From positions 1 to 50,603 of IMG/VR virus record IMGVR_UViG_3300032309_001784: a DNA stretch of 50,603 bases, one strand, 5' to 3'. The notes under the pieces were generated by a model. The model had not been told where the DNA came from and ran no database searches. It saw nothing but the letters and a program-made list of their open reading frames with translations. The translations under genes were made by a program, and so were the position numbers. The DNA is from a virus (Duplodnaviria > Caudoviricetes). This document shows, one piece after another, positions 10,001 to 19,621 of the stretch (positions within the stretch are counted from its first letter, which is position 1; every line of letters begins with the position of its first letter).

Positions 10001-12584
10001 CACGGCCACGGCACTGTTCGGCAAGGCCGGTGCGGACCTCATTCCGTTCTTCAACAATCTCCCCGGAGCAACAGCCGACATCGAGCGGTTCGGCCGTTCT
10101 CTTACCGCCATCGACCGTCGTCGCGTTGACGAGTTTGGTGCAGGGCTTGACGCACTAAGCGTTGCCACACAAGGGCTCGGGCAAACTCTGCTTTTGCCGT
10201 TTGTCGGGCTCGGAGAAGGCGTTGCAACGGCATTTGCTGAGATCACTGCGGGCATCACGGCGATCATCGACCCAATTGGCCAGATCCTCGAACCCGTGCT
10301 GACGCAAATCGGACGAATCATTCAACTGCTCGGCACGAACCTTGGAAACTTGGGTCGCGTGATTGGTGCAGTTTTTCAGCCGTTTGCAACAGTTGCGCAA
10401 ACCGTATCGCAAGCCTTGGAGCCACTGTATGACGGGCTTTTTGGATTCCTGGAAGTATTCGGCGACGCCTCCGTTCAGGTTACTGAGTTCCTCGTTTCGT
10501 TCACGTCGATCGGTGCAATCGCCGCGAACGCTTCTGCTCTCGGCGACACGTTGAGCCGCGTTGTGGCGATTGTCACCACGGCGTTCTCGCGGATTGGAGA
10601 GCTGATCGGCAACACGCTCGGACAGGCAGTCGAGTGGGTGTCGCGTAGCGTGACTGCGTTCGTTGAGTTCACGGGGCTCGTTCCGACGCTCGAAGCGATC
10701 GGTGGCACGATCAGCAGTGTCTTCGGTGCTGTGTCGTCTGTGTTTCAGACAATCGCCAGTGCTATCGGCGGAACGGTCGGTCGATTGCTGACGATGGCCG
10801 AAAACTTCCTGGGCATCGAGCGATCCGCCGAAGCGGCGTCTTCCGGCGTGGACCAAGTGACCAACTCAACCGTCCAACTCACCGAAGAACAAAAACGCGC
10901 GGCTGCCGAAGTGCAGAAGGCCGTCGAGAATAGTTCCGGCGTTCTCGACACTGCGATCCAGAAGGCGGGCGAATTCGGCCAGGCGGGCTTCGAGGCAGCG
11001 TTTCAGTTCCAAGAGGCACTCGCCGACCTCAAGGAGCAGGCCGACGCCAACGAACTCAACGCCGAGCAGTACAGTCGCGGCGTTGCGCTTGCGACGGCTG
11101 AGTTCGACAAGCAGGTTGACCGCTTGAAGCAAATTCAAGACGAGACCCGCAAGGCAGCCGAAGAGGCACAAAAGCGAGTCGATGCCGACCGCCAGGTGGC
11201 CGACGCGTTGCTAGAGCAGGCTCGCATCAACGAGCAGTTCGGCGGCGACGCATCGCGCGCGAAGGCTGCCGATGCGGTGCTGGCAGTTGAACGCGAGATC
11301 GCCCGCATCAAGGAGTCGGTGGGCGCGGCTCGCGACAGCGGCGACGCTGAGGCGGTGGCTACCGGCGAGGAGCGGATTCGGCAACTCCAAGAAATCCAGA
11401 ACCAGCAGGCAGCGATCGCCGACGGCTCCGCGAAGGCGGCAGCCGACGAAGCCAAGCGGGTCGAGGATCAGAAAAAGCGGGTGGACGCTCTGATCGCATC
11501 CAGCGACACGCGGAGTGAACTGGAACAGCAACTTATCGACGTTCAAGAGCAGCAGAAGATCACGCTCGATCAACTCATTGTCGCACGCCAGACGTTCAAT
11601 AGAGAGCAGGCGGACGCTGCCGCTGGCCGTCTTGCCCAGCTCGACCAACTGCAAGCCAAACTCGACGATCAGCAGCAAGCCGTCGAGCAAGGCTTTGGGG
11701 AGGGCTTCGCCAAAGCGTTTGACGCGACAAACAAAGGGATTGACGAACTTATTGTTAAGGCCGAGCAGCAATTCGGCACCGTTGGTGCTCTGGCGGGCGA
11801 GGCTCTACGGGCAGGAGTTGCTGCCGCCCAAGCCCGTGCCGATGCTGACAAGACTTTCAGCGCAGAGGCTTACGAGCGCGAAGTTGCCCAGCAACGCGAC
11901 ATCTTCCAGCAACGACTAGACGCCGCCAACCGCGTCGAGGAGTTCCTGCGAAACGGAATCGACGCTCGGCAGCAGGCGGAACTCAAGGCGACCGAGGAAC
12001 TTGAGAAGCGGAAGAAGGAAGCCGCGACCAACGTCCAGGCGATCGAAGCGAAGCTCATTGAGGAGCGTAAGAAGTTGGAAGAGGCCCGCGAGGCGGGCGA
12101 CCTTCGCGGGGCTCGCGCGGGAGCGACGCGCGTCAGAGAACTGGAGCGAGTGCAGCGGCAGGAGCAGCAACTCGCAGACGGTCGCCTGCGGCAGCAAGAT
12201 CAGATTGGGCAACAGTTTGTGTCTGGCCTCAACACTGCCCAGCAATTTCAAACACTCGTCGCGCAGCAAAACGACAACTTTCTAAAGTCGTTCAACGACA
12301 CCTACGCAGGGGCGAACCAAGCTCTCGCCGCTGCCGCAGAGCGAGCGGCGAAGATGGAGCGGCTGCTCACGCCTACAAACCAACTGGCAAACACCGCTGA
12401 CATTCGGACGCAAGAAGGCCAAGACATCCTTCTCGGGCTCGCCGCTAGCGCGCAAGACCCCCGGTTGATCGAGGCGAAGTTGCAAACGAAGCAGTTGCAA
12501 CTCATCGCGCAAGGCATCGGCCAAGCGGCATCAAATTACTTTAACTCGCCCGTCGCTATCGTCGGCGGTGCGGTCCTTGGGTGA
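7098..12584 (+). CDS. Tail tape measure protein
   Basis: 1828 aa, Ala/Glu/Gln-rich helical protein with a central hydrophobic region; follows the chaperone pair. Confidence 0.93.
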   Translation: MATILGLALKINADASGVPRSLTPVEKALRSLDVEAAKVTKVFENFAKASGAAADVQRRFESEIQSLTQALQAGEINGQQFADGFAAIRAAAGDLAETFAEGARVTEQYRTEEDRRAETLERLATLLEAGAISEATYSRARAEASGANAAAAREEQTRLAQINSLQSEAAAITARYQTDQEKRAASEARLNTLREAGVLSEETYKRAIEDASGATQAAVKAEQERSAALAEGKRLTDQFLSADQQRAAELQRLNSLYRNGTIEAETFARAVASSSQQGDSTQLQRFAEAIGPLREQAQSGAMSLEEFQRAAAGIADAVAASTAPTVRSAEAILELKSRLDAGTISIEEYRAQFAQIQSGDFRSTFTVEVLGVREGVEATERLQSAVSSLQGTQIEAALQITGTESIDQLRSQFASIDGAKIDAILQVLGVETVDEAKARLATIDGTTVTAQLNTVGIESIAQAQQAIDSLEGKQVEAVLEITGAESIEQLRSEFASIDETRIDAVLEILGVDAVDDAKARLASLQGTQIEAVLRVLGVDTVDEARSRLASLDGTTVTAELNAVGMESIEQAQRVIDSLEGKDITVLAETLGASSVEELTQIINAVESKTVSVETSTNADETARAVRSLVEEQDAYQSLLRDAERLNEANRSSAEKQARQLERLDAVYATGKLRIEAYNAEAARILGINELAAASERERAAASAAAAADQAAASRIIEANLTKQERAQRDFEKSTQELNRLRAAGRLTESDYATALQRTADAYAKATIAASKFDAASDKASGASVLKFNELSGILSALPGPIGNVAGRLSGLSSAGEGLARVFSGGLAGGLSSVGKSVAALVNPFTLAVGGVVAFGAAALAVTRGLAALEDRVENLGNIADKLGVSFEFIQTLEEAANRSGTSIDAVSAAFGRLQKSVLGVDEESKAAQKALSEIGVTAEELAQLSPEDQYQRIGAALADIEDPARRTATATALFGKAGADLIPFFNNLPGATADIERFGRSLTAIDRRRVDEFGAGLDALSVATQGLGQTLLLPFVGLGEGVATAFAEITAGITAIIDPIGQILEPVLTQIGRIIQLLGTNLGNLGRVIGAVFQPFATVAQTVSQALEPLYDGLFGFLEVFGDASVQVTEFLVSFTSIGAIAANASALGDTLSRVVAIVTTAFSRIGELIGNTLGQAVEWVSRSVTAFVEFTGLVPTLEAIGGTISSVFGAVSSVFQTIASAIGGTVGRLLTMAENFLGIERSAEAASSGVDQVTNSTVQLTEEQKRAAAEVQKAVENSSGVLDTAIQKAGEFGQAGFEAAFQFQEALADLKEQADANELNAEQYSRGVALATAEFDKQVDRLKQIQDETRKAAEEAQKRVDADRQVADALLEQARINEQFGGDASRAKAADAVLAVEREIARIKESVGAARDSGDAEAVATGEERIRQLQEIQNQQAAIADGSAKAAADEAKRVEDQKKRVDALIASSDTRSELEQQLIDVQEQQKITLDQLIVARQTFNREQADAAAGRLAQLDQLQAKLDDQQQAVEQGFGEGFAKAFDATNKGIDELIVKAEQQFGTVGALAGEALRAGVAAAQARADADKTFSAEAYEREVAQQRDIFQQRLDAANRVEEFLRNGIDARQQAELKATEELEKRKKEAATNVQAIEAKLIEERKKLEEAREAGDLRGARAGATRVRELERVQRQEQQLADGRLRQQDQIGQQFVSGLNTAQQFQTLVAQQNDNFLKSFNDTYAGANQALAAAAERAAKMERLLTPTNQLANTADIRTQEGQDILLGLAASAQDPRLIEAKLQTKQLQLIAQGIGQAASNYFNSPVAIVGGAVLG
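8268..8915 (+). repeat. Eight tandem 27-aa (81-nt) repeats within tape measure protein
   Basis: e.g. GTQIEAALQITGTESIDQLRSQFASID / GAKIDAILQVLGVETVDEAKARLATID / GTTVTAQLNTVGIESIAQAQQAIDSLE. Confidence 0.85.
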
Positions 12585-12587
12585 TCT

Positions 12588-13466
12588 ATGCCAGGAACAA
12601 TCGTCGCTACAAAAGAACTCGCCCGCACTTTTGAGAATGAATTGGGCTCGACCGGCGGCACGGCGAAGCGTCGCTGGGTGTGCATGCTGTCGGACAACAC
12701 GCTCACCAGCGGCGGGCCGCCAGACATTACCACGATCATGTCGGCTACGGCCGGCAACTCGTTTGGCGCGGTTCACCCGGTTCACACGACGCTGAAGCTT
12801 CGCAAAGTGTCGGTGAACGAGCGATACGATGACAACCCATACGCCCTAGAAGTTATCGGCGAGTACAACTTCGTTACGCAGGACGAACTGAAGTCGCCTA
12901 CGAACCGTGCCTCGGTGTGGTCGTTTGAATCACGGCCCGGCCAAGTGCCGGCTCTTTTCTATTACGACGGCTCCACGCAGTATCCGCTGACGAACTCTGC
13001 ATACGACTACTTCCCTGGCCTCGTGACCGAGGAAAGCCTAGTGCAGATCAAGGTGCAGAAAAATTTTTCTGCCGTCCCAAGCAGTTGGCTCTCCCTGCAA
13101 AACTTTGTGAACAATTCGGCTTTTCTCGGCTGTGCAGCCGACACCGTCAAGGTTGCGGGTGTCGATGTGCAGTATGTCGCTGAAGAGTTCAACAACACGC
13201 TGCAACGATACTACGCCACAACTGCCACTCTTGCCTACCGCCAGTCTGGTCACAATTTGTTGCTACCCGATGTTGGGTTCAACTTCTTATCTGGCGGCGA
13301 GAAGCGCCGCGCCATGGTGTTCGATTTCCAAAATTCTGAGTGGGTTCCCAGCCCCAACCCGGTCGGCCTTGACGGCAACGGCGGGCAGACCTTGGGCACT
13401 CCCGCGATCCTGACTCGCCGAGTGAATCCGCGCGGAAACTTCGCCACGTTTGGCACACCGCCATGA
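12588..13466 (+). CDS. Putative distal tail/baseplate protein
   Basis: 292-aa ORF directly after tape measure gene. Confidence 0.55.
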   Translation: MPGTIVATKELARTFENELGSTGGTAKRRWVCMLSDNTLTSGGPPDITTIMSATAGNSFGAVHPVHTTLKLRKVSVNERYDDNPYALEVIGEYNFVTQDELKSPTNRASVWSFESRPGQVPALFYYDGSTQYPLTNSAYDYFPGLVTEESLVQIKVQKNFSAVPSSWLSLQNFVNNSAFLGCAADTVKVAGVDVQYVAEEFNNTLQRYYATTATLAYRQSGHNLLLPDVGFNFLSGGEKRRAMVFDFQNSEWVPSPNPVGLDGNGGQTLGTPAILTRRVNPRGNFATFGTPP

Positions 13467-14101
13467 GCAGCCCACGCGACCCAACGCAGTTCACGCGAGA
13501 AAGCGCCGAGCGGATTGCCAATGTCGTGCGCGCAACCGAGCTCTCGTCTCCGGGTACGAAGCCACTGTCGTTTGCCCGCGAAGATTTTTTCCGCAACCGA
13601 AAAATCTTTCGCATAGCGACATTCGCCGGCGCATGGCCGACCGGCGTCGAGAAGATCGTCACTTTCAAGTATCAGACCGCGACGCCGAACACCGCGTCGG
13701 CGATGAACCTGTTTTTTCCAGTCTCAAACACTGCCACGTCAGGTGATTGTGCAATTGCAAAGGACGGCACCGCGTGGTTCTTGATCGACGTGCCATTTGA
13801 GACGGCCACGGCTGTTTTTGTGTCCAGTACTGTTTCGCAAACGGTGTTTGGCACAGGCAGCACGTCGGTGATTCGGTTCGCTGGGACGGGATCAACCCAG
13901 TCAACGACATACATTACCGGCGTTTCGGCCTCGCTCGACACGGCCAACTGTGCAATCTCTGTGACCGCCGCAACTGCTAGCGCGACATTGTTTTCAATGG
14001 CTGGCACGCAGACTGCGATTAGCGTGTCAATGTCTGGCACGCAGACGATCACGATGGTCGGCGCGACGTTTACTTCCACGTTCCTTAGGTTCCGGGTGTA
14101 G
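13463..14101 (+). CDS. Putative tail tip protein
   Basis: Translationally coupled; Ser/Thr-rich C-terminal half. Confidence 0.5.
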   Translation: MSSPRDPTQFTRESAERIANVVRATELSSPGTKPLSFAREDFFRNRKIFRIATFAGAWPTGVEKIVTFKYQTATPNTASAMNLFFPVSNTATSGDCAIAKDGTAWFLIDVPFETATAVFVSSTVSQTVFGTGSTSVIRFAGTGSTQSTTYITGVSASLDTANCAISVTAATASATLFSMAGTQTAISVSMSGTQTITMVGATFTSTFLRFRV

Positions 14102-14103
14102 AG

Positions 14104-14706
14104 ATGGCGTGTGTTTGCTGTGCTGGGCTTGGGCTTCGGTGCAAGGTATGCAGCACGAAAACTTGCGTCGTTGGCGGAACGTGGAGCAAAATTGTAACCG
14201 ACCAGTATTTCGAGCGGTTCGAAGGTAATATCGAGAACCTGCCCGAAGGGCCAATTTCTCTGGGCTACGCTGGGTCATCAAGGCTAAAGGCGCTATGGAA
14301 ATGGCCTCGGGCTTCGTCGATCAATATCCCACAAATACTCTTGCCTTCATTTACATGGCAAGCCGGATTTCCAAACAATCTTGATGGGTGTCTGTATGTA
14401 TCCTTGGAATCCACGACGGCCCAGCTTTACGGGGAAGGCTGCTGCGGAATAGATTTTGGCAACGTAGTTTGCGGAAGCCGTCAAAACGTCATTGGATCTG
14501 AAGGCAAGTACCGCTGGCAAATGATGGTCTTGGACTGCGAGTCCGAAAGTTTTCAGGACGTTACTGGCAGTGCAGTTACGCAGATTCAGCCTTTTGAGGG
14601 TGAGTACAATCAGCTAACAACCCACCCTAACCGTTTTTGTGCAACGGTAAAATCCACGGCGATGCCAGATTACTTCCCTAGCGAAGTTCCTGTGGTGTGC
14701 TCATGA
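14104..14706 (+). CDS. Cys-rich hypothetical protein (locally lower GC)
   Basis: 200-aa ORF starting MACVCC; visibly more AT-rich than its neighbours. Confidence 0.5.
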   Translation: MACVCCAGLGLRCKVCSTKTCVVGGTWSKIVTDQYFERFEGNIENLPEGPISLGYAGSSRLKALWKWPRASSINIPQILLPSFTWQAGFPNNLDGCLYVSLESTTAQLYGEGCCGIDFGNVVCGSRQNVIGSEGKYRWQMMVLDCESESFQDVTGSAVTQIQPFEGEYNQLTTHPNRFCATVKSTAMPDYFPSEVPVVCS

Positions 14707-15236
14707 GCAACGGCGGCCAGTGGAAGACCACAAGGGCTATTTTTTCTGAATACTGCGAGGGGCTTGGGTACTCCGACGTAGAGTTGAATGAGTTGGTTGT
14801 AGGCAGCGACGGGGAATGGATTTTCGTTGACATCGGCAATCCCTTTTTCCCGCGACTGCCCAAAGTGCTTTCGCACGAAGTAGATTCCCCGCCGCCATCG
14901 CACGGCCCAGGCACAGAACTCAAAGTCCTGCTCGCCGGCTGGCCGTTCTACATCGTTTCGTCGCCAACTTGTAAATGTAACGCTCGCGCACGCTACATGG
15001 ACGAGAAAGGCTGCGATTGGTGCGCAGGCAAGGAAGGGATGGCCGAGATCATGGGCTTCTTACGGGAAGCCGCCGAAGAGCGCGGCCTGCCGTTTCTTGA
15101 CTTGCCCGCTAGGCTCCTCGTGAGACGGGCGATCCACAACGCCCGGCGAAAGGAATCGGTCGCTGATGCCGAAGGATCATCACATCACGATCGACGGGAA
15201 TCGCTGGCTCCTCCGGGTGACGCCGCTCAAGGGTGA
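14703..15236 (+). CDS. Hypothetical protein with CxC...CxxC motif
   Basis: ATGA overlap; HGPGTELK...CKCNARARYMDEKGCDWC. Confidence 0.55.
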   Translation: MSNGGQWKTTRAIFSEYCEGLGYSDVELNELVVGSDGEWIFVDIGNPFFPRLPKVLSHEVDSPPPSHGPGTELKVLLAGWPFYIVSSPTCKCNARARYMDEKGCDWCAGKEGMAEIMGFLREAAEERGLPFLDLPARLLVRRAIHNARRKESVADAEGSSHHDRRESLAPPGDAAQG

Positions 15237-15447
15237 CGCGTCGGGCTGGACGTTCTTTGACGGGGCGGCGAACCCTCGCATCTTGATCGACGAGAAGTGC
15301 CGCGGGTGGAGTCGCGTCGAGACGATCCTGCACGAACTCGCCCACGCGGCACTCGGCCCGAACATCAGCGAAGAGGCGATCACGGAACTGGCTCGCGTTC
15401 AGCGGCGCGTGCTGGCAATGCTTTACACGATCACGCCGAAGGAGTGA
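15166..15447 (+). CDS. Small HExxH metallopeptidase-like protein
   Basis: RILIDEK...ETILHELAHA. Confidence 0.65.
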   Translation: MPKDHHITIDGNRWLLRVTPLKGDASGWTFFDGAANPRILIDEKCRGWSRVETILHELAHAALGPNISEEAITELARVQRRVLAMLYTITPKE

Positions 15448-15449
15448 CC

Positions 15450-15707
15450 ATGGCAAGGAAGCCAATGAACTTGGCAGACGATGTCGGCGATGCAGTTGCC
15501 GCGATCAAGCCGAAGACGTGGCTGTCGCAACTGGACGCCGCCGCACGCGAGGAGCTACTCGCCGTTCGCGATCGGTTTCACGCTGGCGGCTACGCCGCTC
15601 GCCGCGGCACGCTCGCCCGCGTTCTAGCCAACGCATGCCGCCAGCGTGGATGGGCAGTGTGCGACCACAAGAGGTTGGCCGAATGGCTCGCAAACACATC
15701 CGACTAG
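15450..15707 (+). CDS. Hypothetical protein
   Basis: RBS AAGGAG; 85 aa, co-oriented within the operon. Confidence 0.6.
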   Translation: MARKPMNLADDVGDAVAAIKPKTWLSQLDAAAREELLAVRDRFHAGGYAARRGTLARVLANACRQRGWAVCDHKRLAEWLANTSD

Positions 15708-16867
15708 ACGCTGACGTGTCCTTAAAACTCCCGCCTCCCTCGCCGGCCGCCGACGCCGAACAGGTGACGCAGCGGCAGGAGGGCGAGACTCTTGAAGCCC
15801 GCTCTACGAGCCAGCGGATCAAGACCGTCGAGGATTTGATCGCTCACATCGAAGCGGACATGAGCCGCTTTGAGATCGCCGCATCCGAGGCGACGACCTG
15901 GGAGTGCGGGAACGGTGACGGCGGCACGATCGAACTGCACCGGGTCTTCGTGCGGCTGAAGCCCAAGGCCGGGCCGGGCGTGCGCGAGTGCGTCGAGGCG
16001 ATGATCCAGGCGGCAAGCAAGCCCCTGCGGAAGCCGCTAACCAAAAGCGTAAAGGCCCCAAAGCGTGACGGCCTCTGGCAAGTGCTGTGCGTGGCCGACA
16101 CCCATTTCGGCAATTACGCCTGGAGCCAGACCACCGGGGCCGGCGACTGGGATCTCTCGATTGCCGAGCGTGTCGTGCACGCTGCGGCCGGCGAGCTCCT
16201 GGCGGTGGGAGACTCCCACAACCCCACTCGCCGAACGATCGCCTTTCTCGGTGACTTGTTCCACTACGATCGAGCCGAGCGAGCCGAGACCTCCAGCGGC
16301 ACGCCGCTCGAACGAGACGGGCGTCTTCAGAAGATGATTCAGGTCGGTAGCGACGTGCTGCTCGGCATCGTGGAGCGGTCGGCGGCTACGTGCCCCACCG
16401 ACGTTGTGCTGGTGCACGGGAACCACGATGAGACGTTGAGTTGGGCGTTCCATCGAATCCTTCTAGAGCGGTTCCGAAACGATCGCCGCGTGCGAGTCGA
16501 GGAGCGGTACACAGGGCGGAAGTACCTCGCCCACGGGAAGAATCTGCTCGGCTTCGCCCACGGGCACAAGGCAAAGAAGAGACTGCCGCAGATCATGGCG
16601 ATCGAGGCGGCGTCGGAGTGGGCGCGATGCCCGTATCGCGAGTGGCACACCGGACACTACCACTCATCGGCGGCAGAGTGGTCGCGGCCTATTGAGACGA
16701 TCGACGGCGTGCTCACGCGGGTAAGCCCGTCGCTCTGCGCCCCTGACGACTGGCACGCTTCGCACGGGTTTCTGAACACTAGACAGTGCATGGAGACTTT
16801 CATCTACGCGCCCGAGGGTGGCCTCACCGCGATGCACGTCTCGACACCAACGAAAGGCAGACCATGA
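15683..16867 (+). CDS. Calcineurin-like metallophosphoesterase
   Basis: All five motifs present: ADTHFG, GDLFH, HGNHD, AHGH, TGHYH. Confidence 0.85.
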   Translation: MARKHIRLDADVSLKLPPPSPAADAEQVTQRQEGETLEARSTSQRIKTVEDLIAHIEADMSRFEIAASEATTWECGNGDGGTIELHRVFVRLKPKAGPGVRECVEAMIQAASKPLRKPLTKSVKAPKRDGLWQVLCVADTHFGNYAWSQTTGAGDWDLSIAERVVHAAAGELLAVGDSHNPTRRTIAFLGDLFHYDRAERAETSSGTPLERDGRLQKMIQVGSDVLLGIVERSAATCPTDVVLVHGNHDETLSWAFHRILLERFRNDRRVRVEERYTGRKYLAHGKNLLGFAHGHKAKKRLPQIMAIEAASEWARCPYREWHTGHYHSSAAEWSRPIETIDGVLTRVSPSLCAPDDWHASHGFLNTRQCMETFIYAPEGGLTAMHVSTPTKGRP

Positions 16868-17310
16868 CAACGACGGTCGAAGAAGCGAACGCCGCACTGC
16901 GGCAAGCGGTGGGCCAGCGAATCAACGCGGCGGCATCTGGGTATGACCCCCAGGATGACGAACGACCGTGGAGGGGCGACGCGTTGCTCGCGGAGCCAAC
17001 CGTGCATCCGACCAGCCAGGCGTTCTTTGATCTCTGCGACGCCTTGAAAGAAATGCACCGCCGCAAGAGTCGGGACTACGGCTGCCCGAACGGCGGCGAT
17101 CCACTCGCCAACATTCGCAACGGCGCGAAGTTTGTCGGCATCGAGGCGTGGAAGGGTGCGATGGTTAGATTGAGCGACAAGGTGACGAGGCTCGCGAGCT
17201 ATAACGCGACGGGCAGGTTAGAGAACGAATCGCTCGATGACAATTTATTCGACCTCGCATCCTATTCGCTTCTCGCACTTTTACTTCACCGGGAGGAGCG
17301 TGATGCGTGA
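16864..17310 (+). CDS. DUF1599/Nmad1-like nucleotide-modification-associated protein
   Basis: HRRKSRDYG...VRLSDKVTRL...ESLDDNLFDLASYSLL. Confidence 0.7.
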   Translation: MTTTVEEANAALRQAVGQRINAAASGYDPQDDERPWRGDALLAEPTVHPTSQAFFDLCDALKEMHRRKSRDYGCPNGGDPLANIRNGAKFVGIEAWKGAMVRLSDKVTRLASYNATGRLENESLDDNLFDLASYSLLALLLHREERDA

Positions 17311-17425
17311 CGTGATCGCGTGGACGCTGACGATCCTCGCGGCCGCAATTGCACTGCCTGCGCAGTTGCTCATGTTTCTCGCCGAGTGGATCGGAGACAA
17401 AGCGGATGAATGGATTGCCGACTGA
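17303..17425 (+). CDS. Small membrane peptide
   Basis: RBS GGAGG; hydrophobic 40-aa ORF. Confidence 0.4.
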   Translation: MRDVIAWTLTILAAAIALPAQLLMFLAEWIGDKADEWIAD

Positions 17426-17618
17426 TCGCCGCGTGCCCTACTCGGAAGAGGAGGCCCAGGAGGCGTGGCTGTTCGTCGGTCGCTACGGGCCGTCGAACTC
17501 GTGGACAGCAACCAACGGCACCGCGGCCAGGATGATCGGGCGATTGCTTGAAGAGCGCGAGCGGCTGCTCGTTATGCTCGCGGCGCGCGAGAACATCGCG
17601 AGGCCCGCGGAACAGTGA
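17406..17618 (+). CDS. Hypothetical protein
   Basis: 70-aa ORF ending the rightward operon before the convergent integrase. Confidence 0.5.
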   Translation: MNGLPTDRRVPYSEEEAQEAWLFVGRYGPSNSWTATNGTAARMIGRLLEERERLLVMLAARENIARPAEQ

Positions 17619-17687
17619 GCCGGGCGGCGGGTTGCAGGGCTGTGCAGGGTCGTCCTTTCCCCCGCAACGCCCTCCCCGCCTGCTCGG

Positions 17688-18587
17688 TCACTTTGGCTTC
17701 GGCTTGCCCTTGAGGTCGAGCGGCGGGAGGAAGTCGAGGGCCGATTGCTGCCCCACGATCCGGGTGTCGAGGTAGTGCTTCTGGGTCGTTCGAGCCGACG
17801 CGTGCCCGAGGTGCTCGGTGGCATCGCCGCCGCCGGCCTTCACGTAACTGCCGCTCGCCTTGCGGATTGCATGGAACCCGCGGGGCGTCACGCCCGAGCA
17901 GGCGCAAATCTTACGGAGTATCTGGTAGATCGAATCCTGCTTGCGGTTCTCCAGCCACGGCCACACGAGGCAATTATCGCCGCGCCGCTGGGTCGTGAGC
18001 CAGGCGGCGAGCTCGCCGCTGATCTGCCTCTCGATCGTTGTGGTGCGATCCTTGCGGGTCTCCCCGAGCACGGTGATGACTCGCCGCTCCAGATCCACCT
18101 CGCCCCAGCGGACAGCCAAGAGCCCCCCGACGCGCTCGCCGGTCTCCCAGCAAGCCCGAACGAGAGTCATAAACAGCCAGGCCGCCGGCACCGGGCCGAC
18201 CTTCCCATAGCAGTGCCGGGCCTCGCGGATGATCGCGGACACCTCCTCGACGGTGTATCCGCGCGGCGGTCGCGTGGGCACCTTCAGGCGAGGGAAGTCG
18301 ATGAACTCAGGAATGAGCCTCTTGCGAGCCGCCAGCGAGGCCAGAGACGAGAGATGACTCTTGTCCTTGGCGACGGTCGCCGGCGATGCCAGCCGGCCTT
18401 TACGAGGCGTCGTGGCTCGCCAACGCAGGAATCGTGCCATCGTCAGATCGGTAAAATCCTCAAGCGTCGCCGGCCGCTGGAGAAACTCCTCTAGCCGGTC
18501 GATGGTTTCGTTTATCATGTGCACGGTACGCTCCCTCAGTCCCTTGAGCACGGCGTAGCGATCGTTGGCGAGCTCTCGAATCGTCAT
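17688..18587 (-). CDS. int: Tyrosine recombinase / phage integrase
   Basis: Catalytic R (TGERVG), K (TRKDR), HxxR (FHAIRK), LGH and Y (KHY); RBS AAGGAGG on the minus strand. Confidence 0.9.
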   Translation of the reverse strand: MTIRELANDRYAVLKGLRERTVHMINETIDRLEEFLQRPATLEDFTDLTMARFLRWRATTPRKGRLASPATVAKDKSHLSSLASLAARKRLIPEFIDFPRLKVPTRPPRGYTVEEVSAIIREARHCYGKVGPVPAAWLFMTLVRACWETGERVGGLLAVRWGEVDLERRVITVLGETRKDRTTTIERQISGELAAWLTTQRRGDNCLVWPWLENRKQDSIYQILRKICACSGVTPRGFHAIRKASGSYVKAGGGDATEHLGHASARTTQKHYLDTRIVGQQSALDFLPPLDLKGKPKPK

Positions 18588-18767
18588 CGTTGCACCCTCC
18601 TTTAGTGGTCTGAACACCAGTATATGTACAAGACCAGCGGCGGCATGCCCTCCGCTGGAGATGTTGTTCAGTATCGTATGGGTGTGCCGACCGGGCCGGC
18701 TACGCCAAAATCTGAACGAGCGCACAGGTGGTGATATACGCCGGATTTCAGCGGCGTAGATTGTTGC

Positions 18768-18795
18768 TTGACCAACTAACGCTCGGTGCTAGATT
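18768..18795 (+). promoter_or_regulatory. Sigma70-type promoter TTGACC-16-TAGATT (extended -10) containing AACTAACG box; leaderless start at 18803
   Basis: Read directly; same architecture at 19177 and 19762. Confidence 0.7.
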
Positions 18796-18802
18796 TCAAG
18801 GG

Positions 18803-19087
18803 ATGATCGCTTTGCCACAACAATTTCAGGGCGGAAACTACTTCACCGTGACCGAGGCTGCCTCTTTCATGGAGTGCAGCGTCGGCTGGGTGCGGATGCT
18901 CATTCTCCAGAAGAAGCTCGATGCCACACGGGTCGGCAATCGCACGCTCTTGATCCCGCAGGCCGCGGCCCAGAGGGCGAAGGACTTGCTCACGACCCGG
19001 TCGCTAGGCAAGCAGGGGCAAGCAAAACGCCCAGCGGCAAAGCGGAAGCCCGCCAAGAAGGCCGCGAAGGGCCGGTCGCGGGGCTAG
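18803..19087 (+). CDS. Excisionase/MerR-like HTH DNA-binding protein
   Basis: YFTVTEAASFMECSVGWVRMLILQKKLDATRVGNRTLLI; divergent from integrase. Confidence 0.8.
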   Translation: MIALPQQFQGGNYFTVTEAASFMECSVGWVRMLILQKKLDATRVGNRTLLIPQAAAQRAKDLLTTRSLGKQGQAKRPAAKRKPAKKAAKGRSRG

Positions 19088-19176
19088 CCTTCTCATTTCC
19101 CAAGTGTCCAGCCGCCAGCCGGCAGGGCCGTTTTTCACGGGGAATACGCTGTTTCGGATTTTTTCTGGATTCCCCC

Positions 19177-19204
19177 TTGCCGAACTAACGATACTTGCTA
19201 CTAT
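19177..19204 (+). promoter_or_regulatory. Promoter TTGCCG-16-TACTAT containing AACTAACG box
   Basis: Read directly. Confidence 0.7.
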
Positions 19205-19254
19205 GTGGGTGTCAGGCGAGTGAGACCTGACGCAACGCAAACGGGAGACGAATA

Positions 19255-19506
19255 ATGAACGCCGCCTTCACCATCACTGAGCCCCGCGAGATCATCAAGG
19301 CTCTGCTCAAGACGTTCGAGGATGCCCGCGGTTGGAAGTACCCGATCGCTGCCCAGCGGTTCACGCAGGAGCACCTCGCCTTTGAGGTCGCGGCTGCGAT
19401 GGATTTTTACTACGGCGGGCACGAAATGAGCTCGCACGTGAACGATGCCGGCGAGACCGTGTATGCGGTGAGCAGCCGTGGCTACTACCACTACGTGGGA
19501 GCCTGA
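19255..19506 (+). CDS. Hypothetical early protein
   Basis: RBS GGGAG; 83 aa ending SRGYYHYVGA. Confidence 0.65.
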   Translation: MNAAFTITEPREIIKALLKTFEDARGWKYPIAAQRFTQEHLAFEVAAAMDFYYGGHEMSSHVNDAGETVYAVSSRGYYHYVGA

Positions 19507-19621
19507 CCGACCTCTGCCACCGGCATTCGGGCCGGCGGCAATACCGCACAAGGGTGGGGCCACCCAGCCCGCCGACAGCCGCGAAATGGGTGGCATTCTT
19601 ACACACGCCAAGGAGGGCACC

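Noticed and set aside
17619-18802. attP site next to the integrase
   Set aside because: No tRNA-like core or duplicated att sequence is identifiable by eye; 17619-17687 has only an imperfect GC-rich inverted repeat between convergent genes
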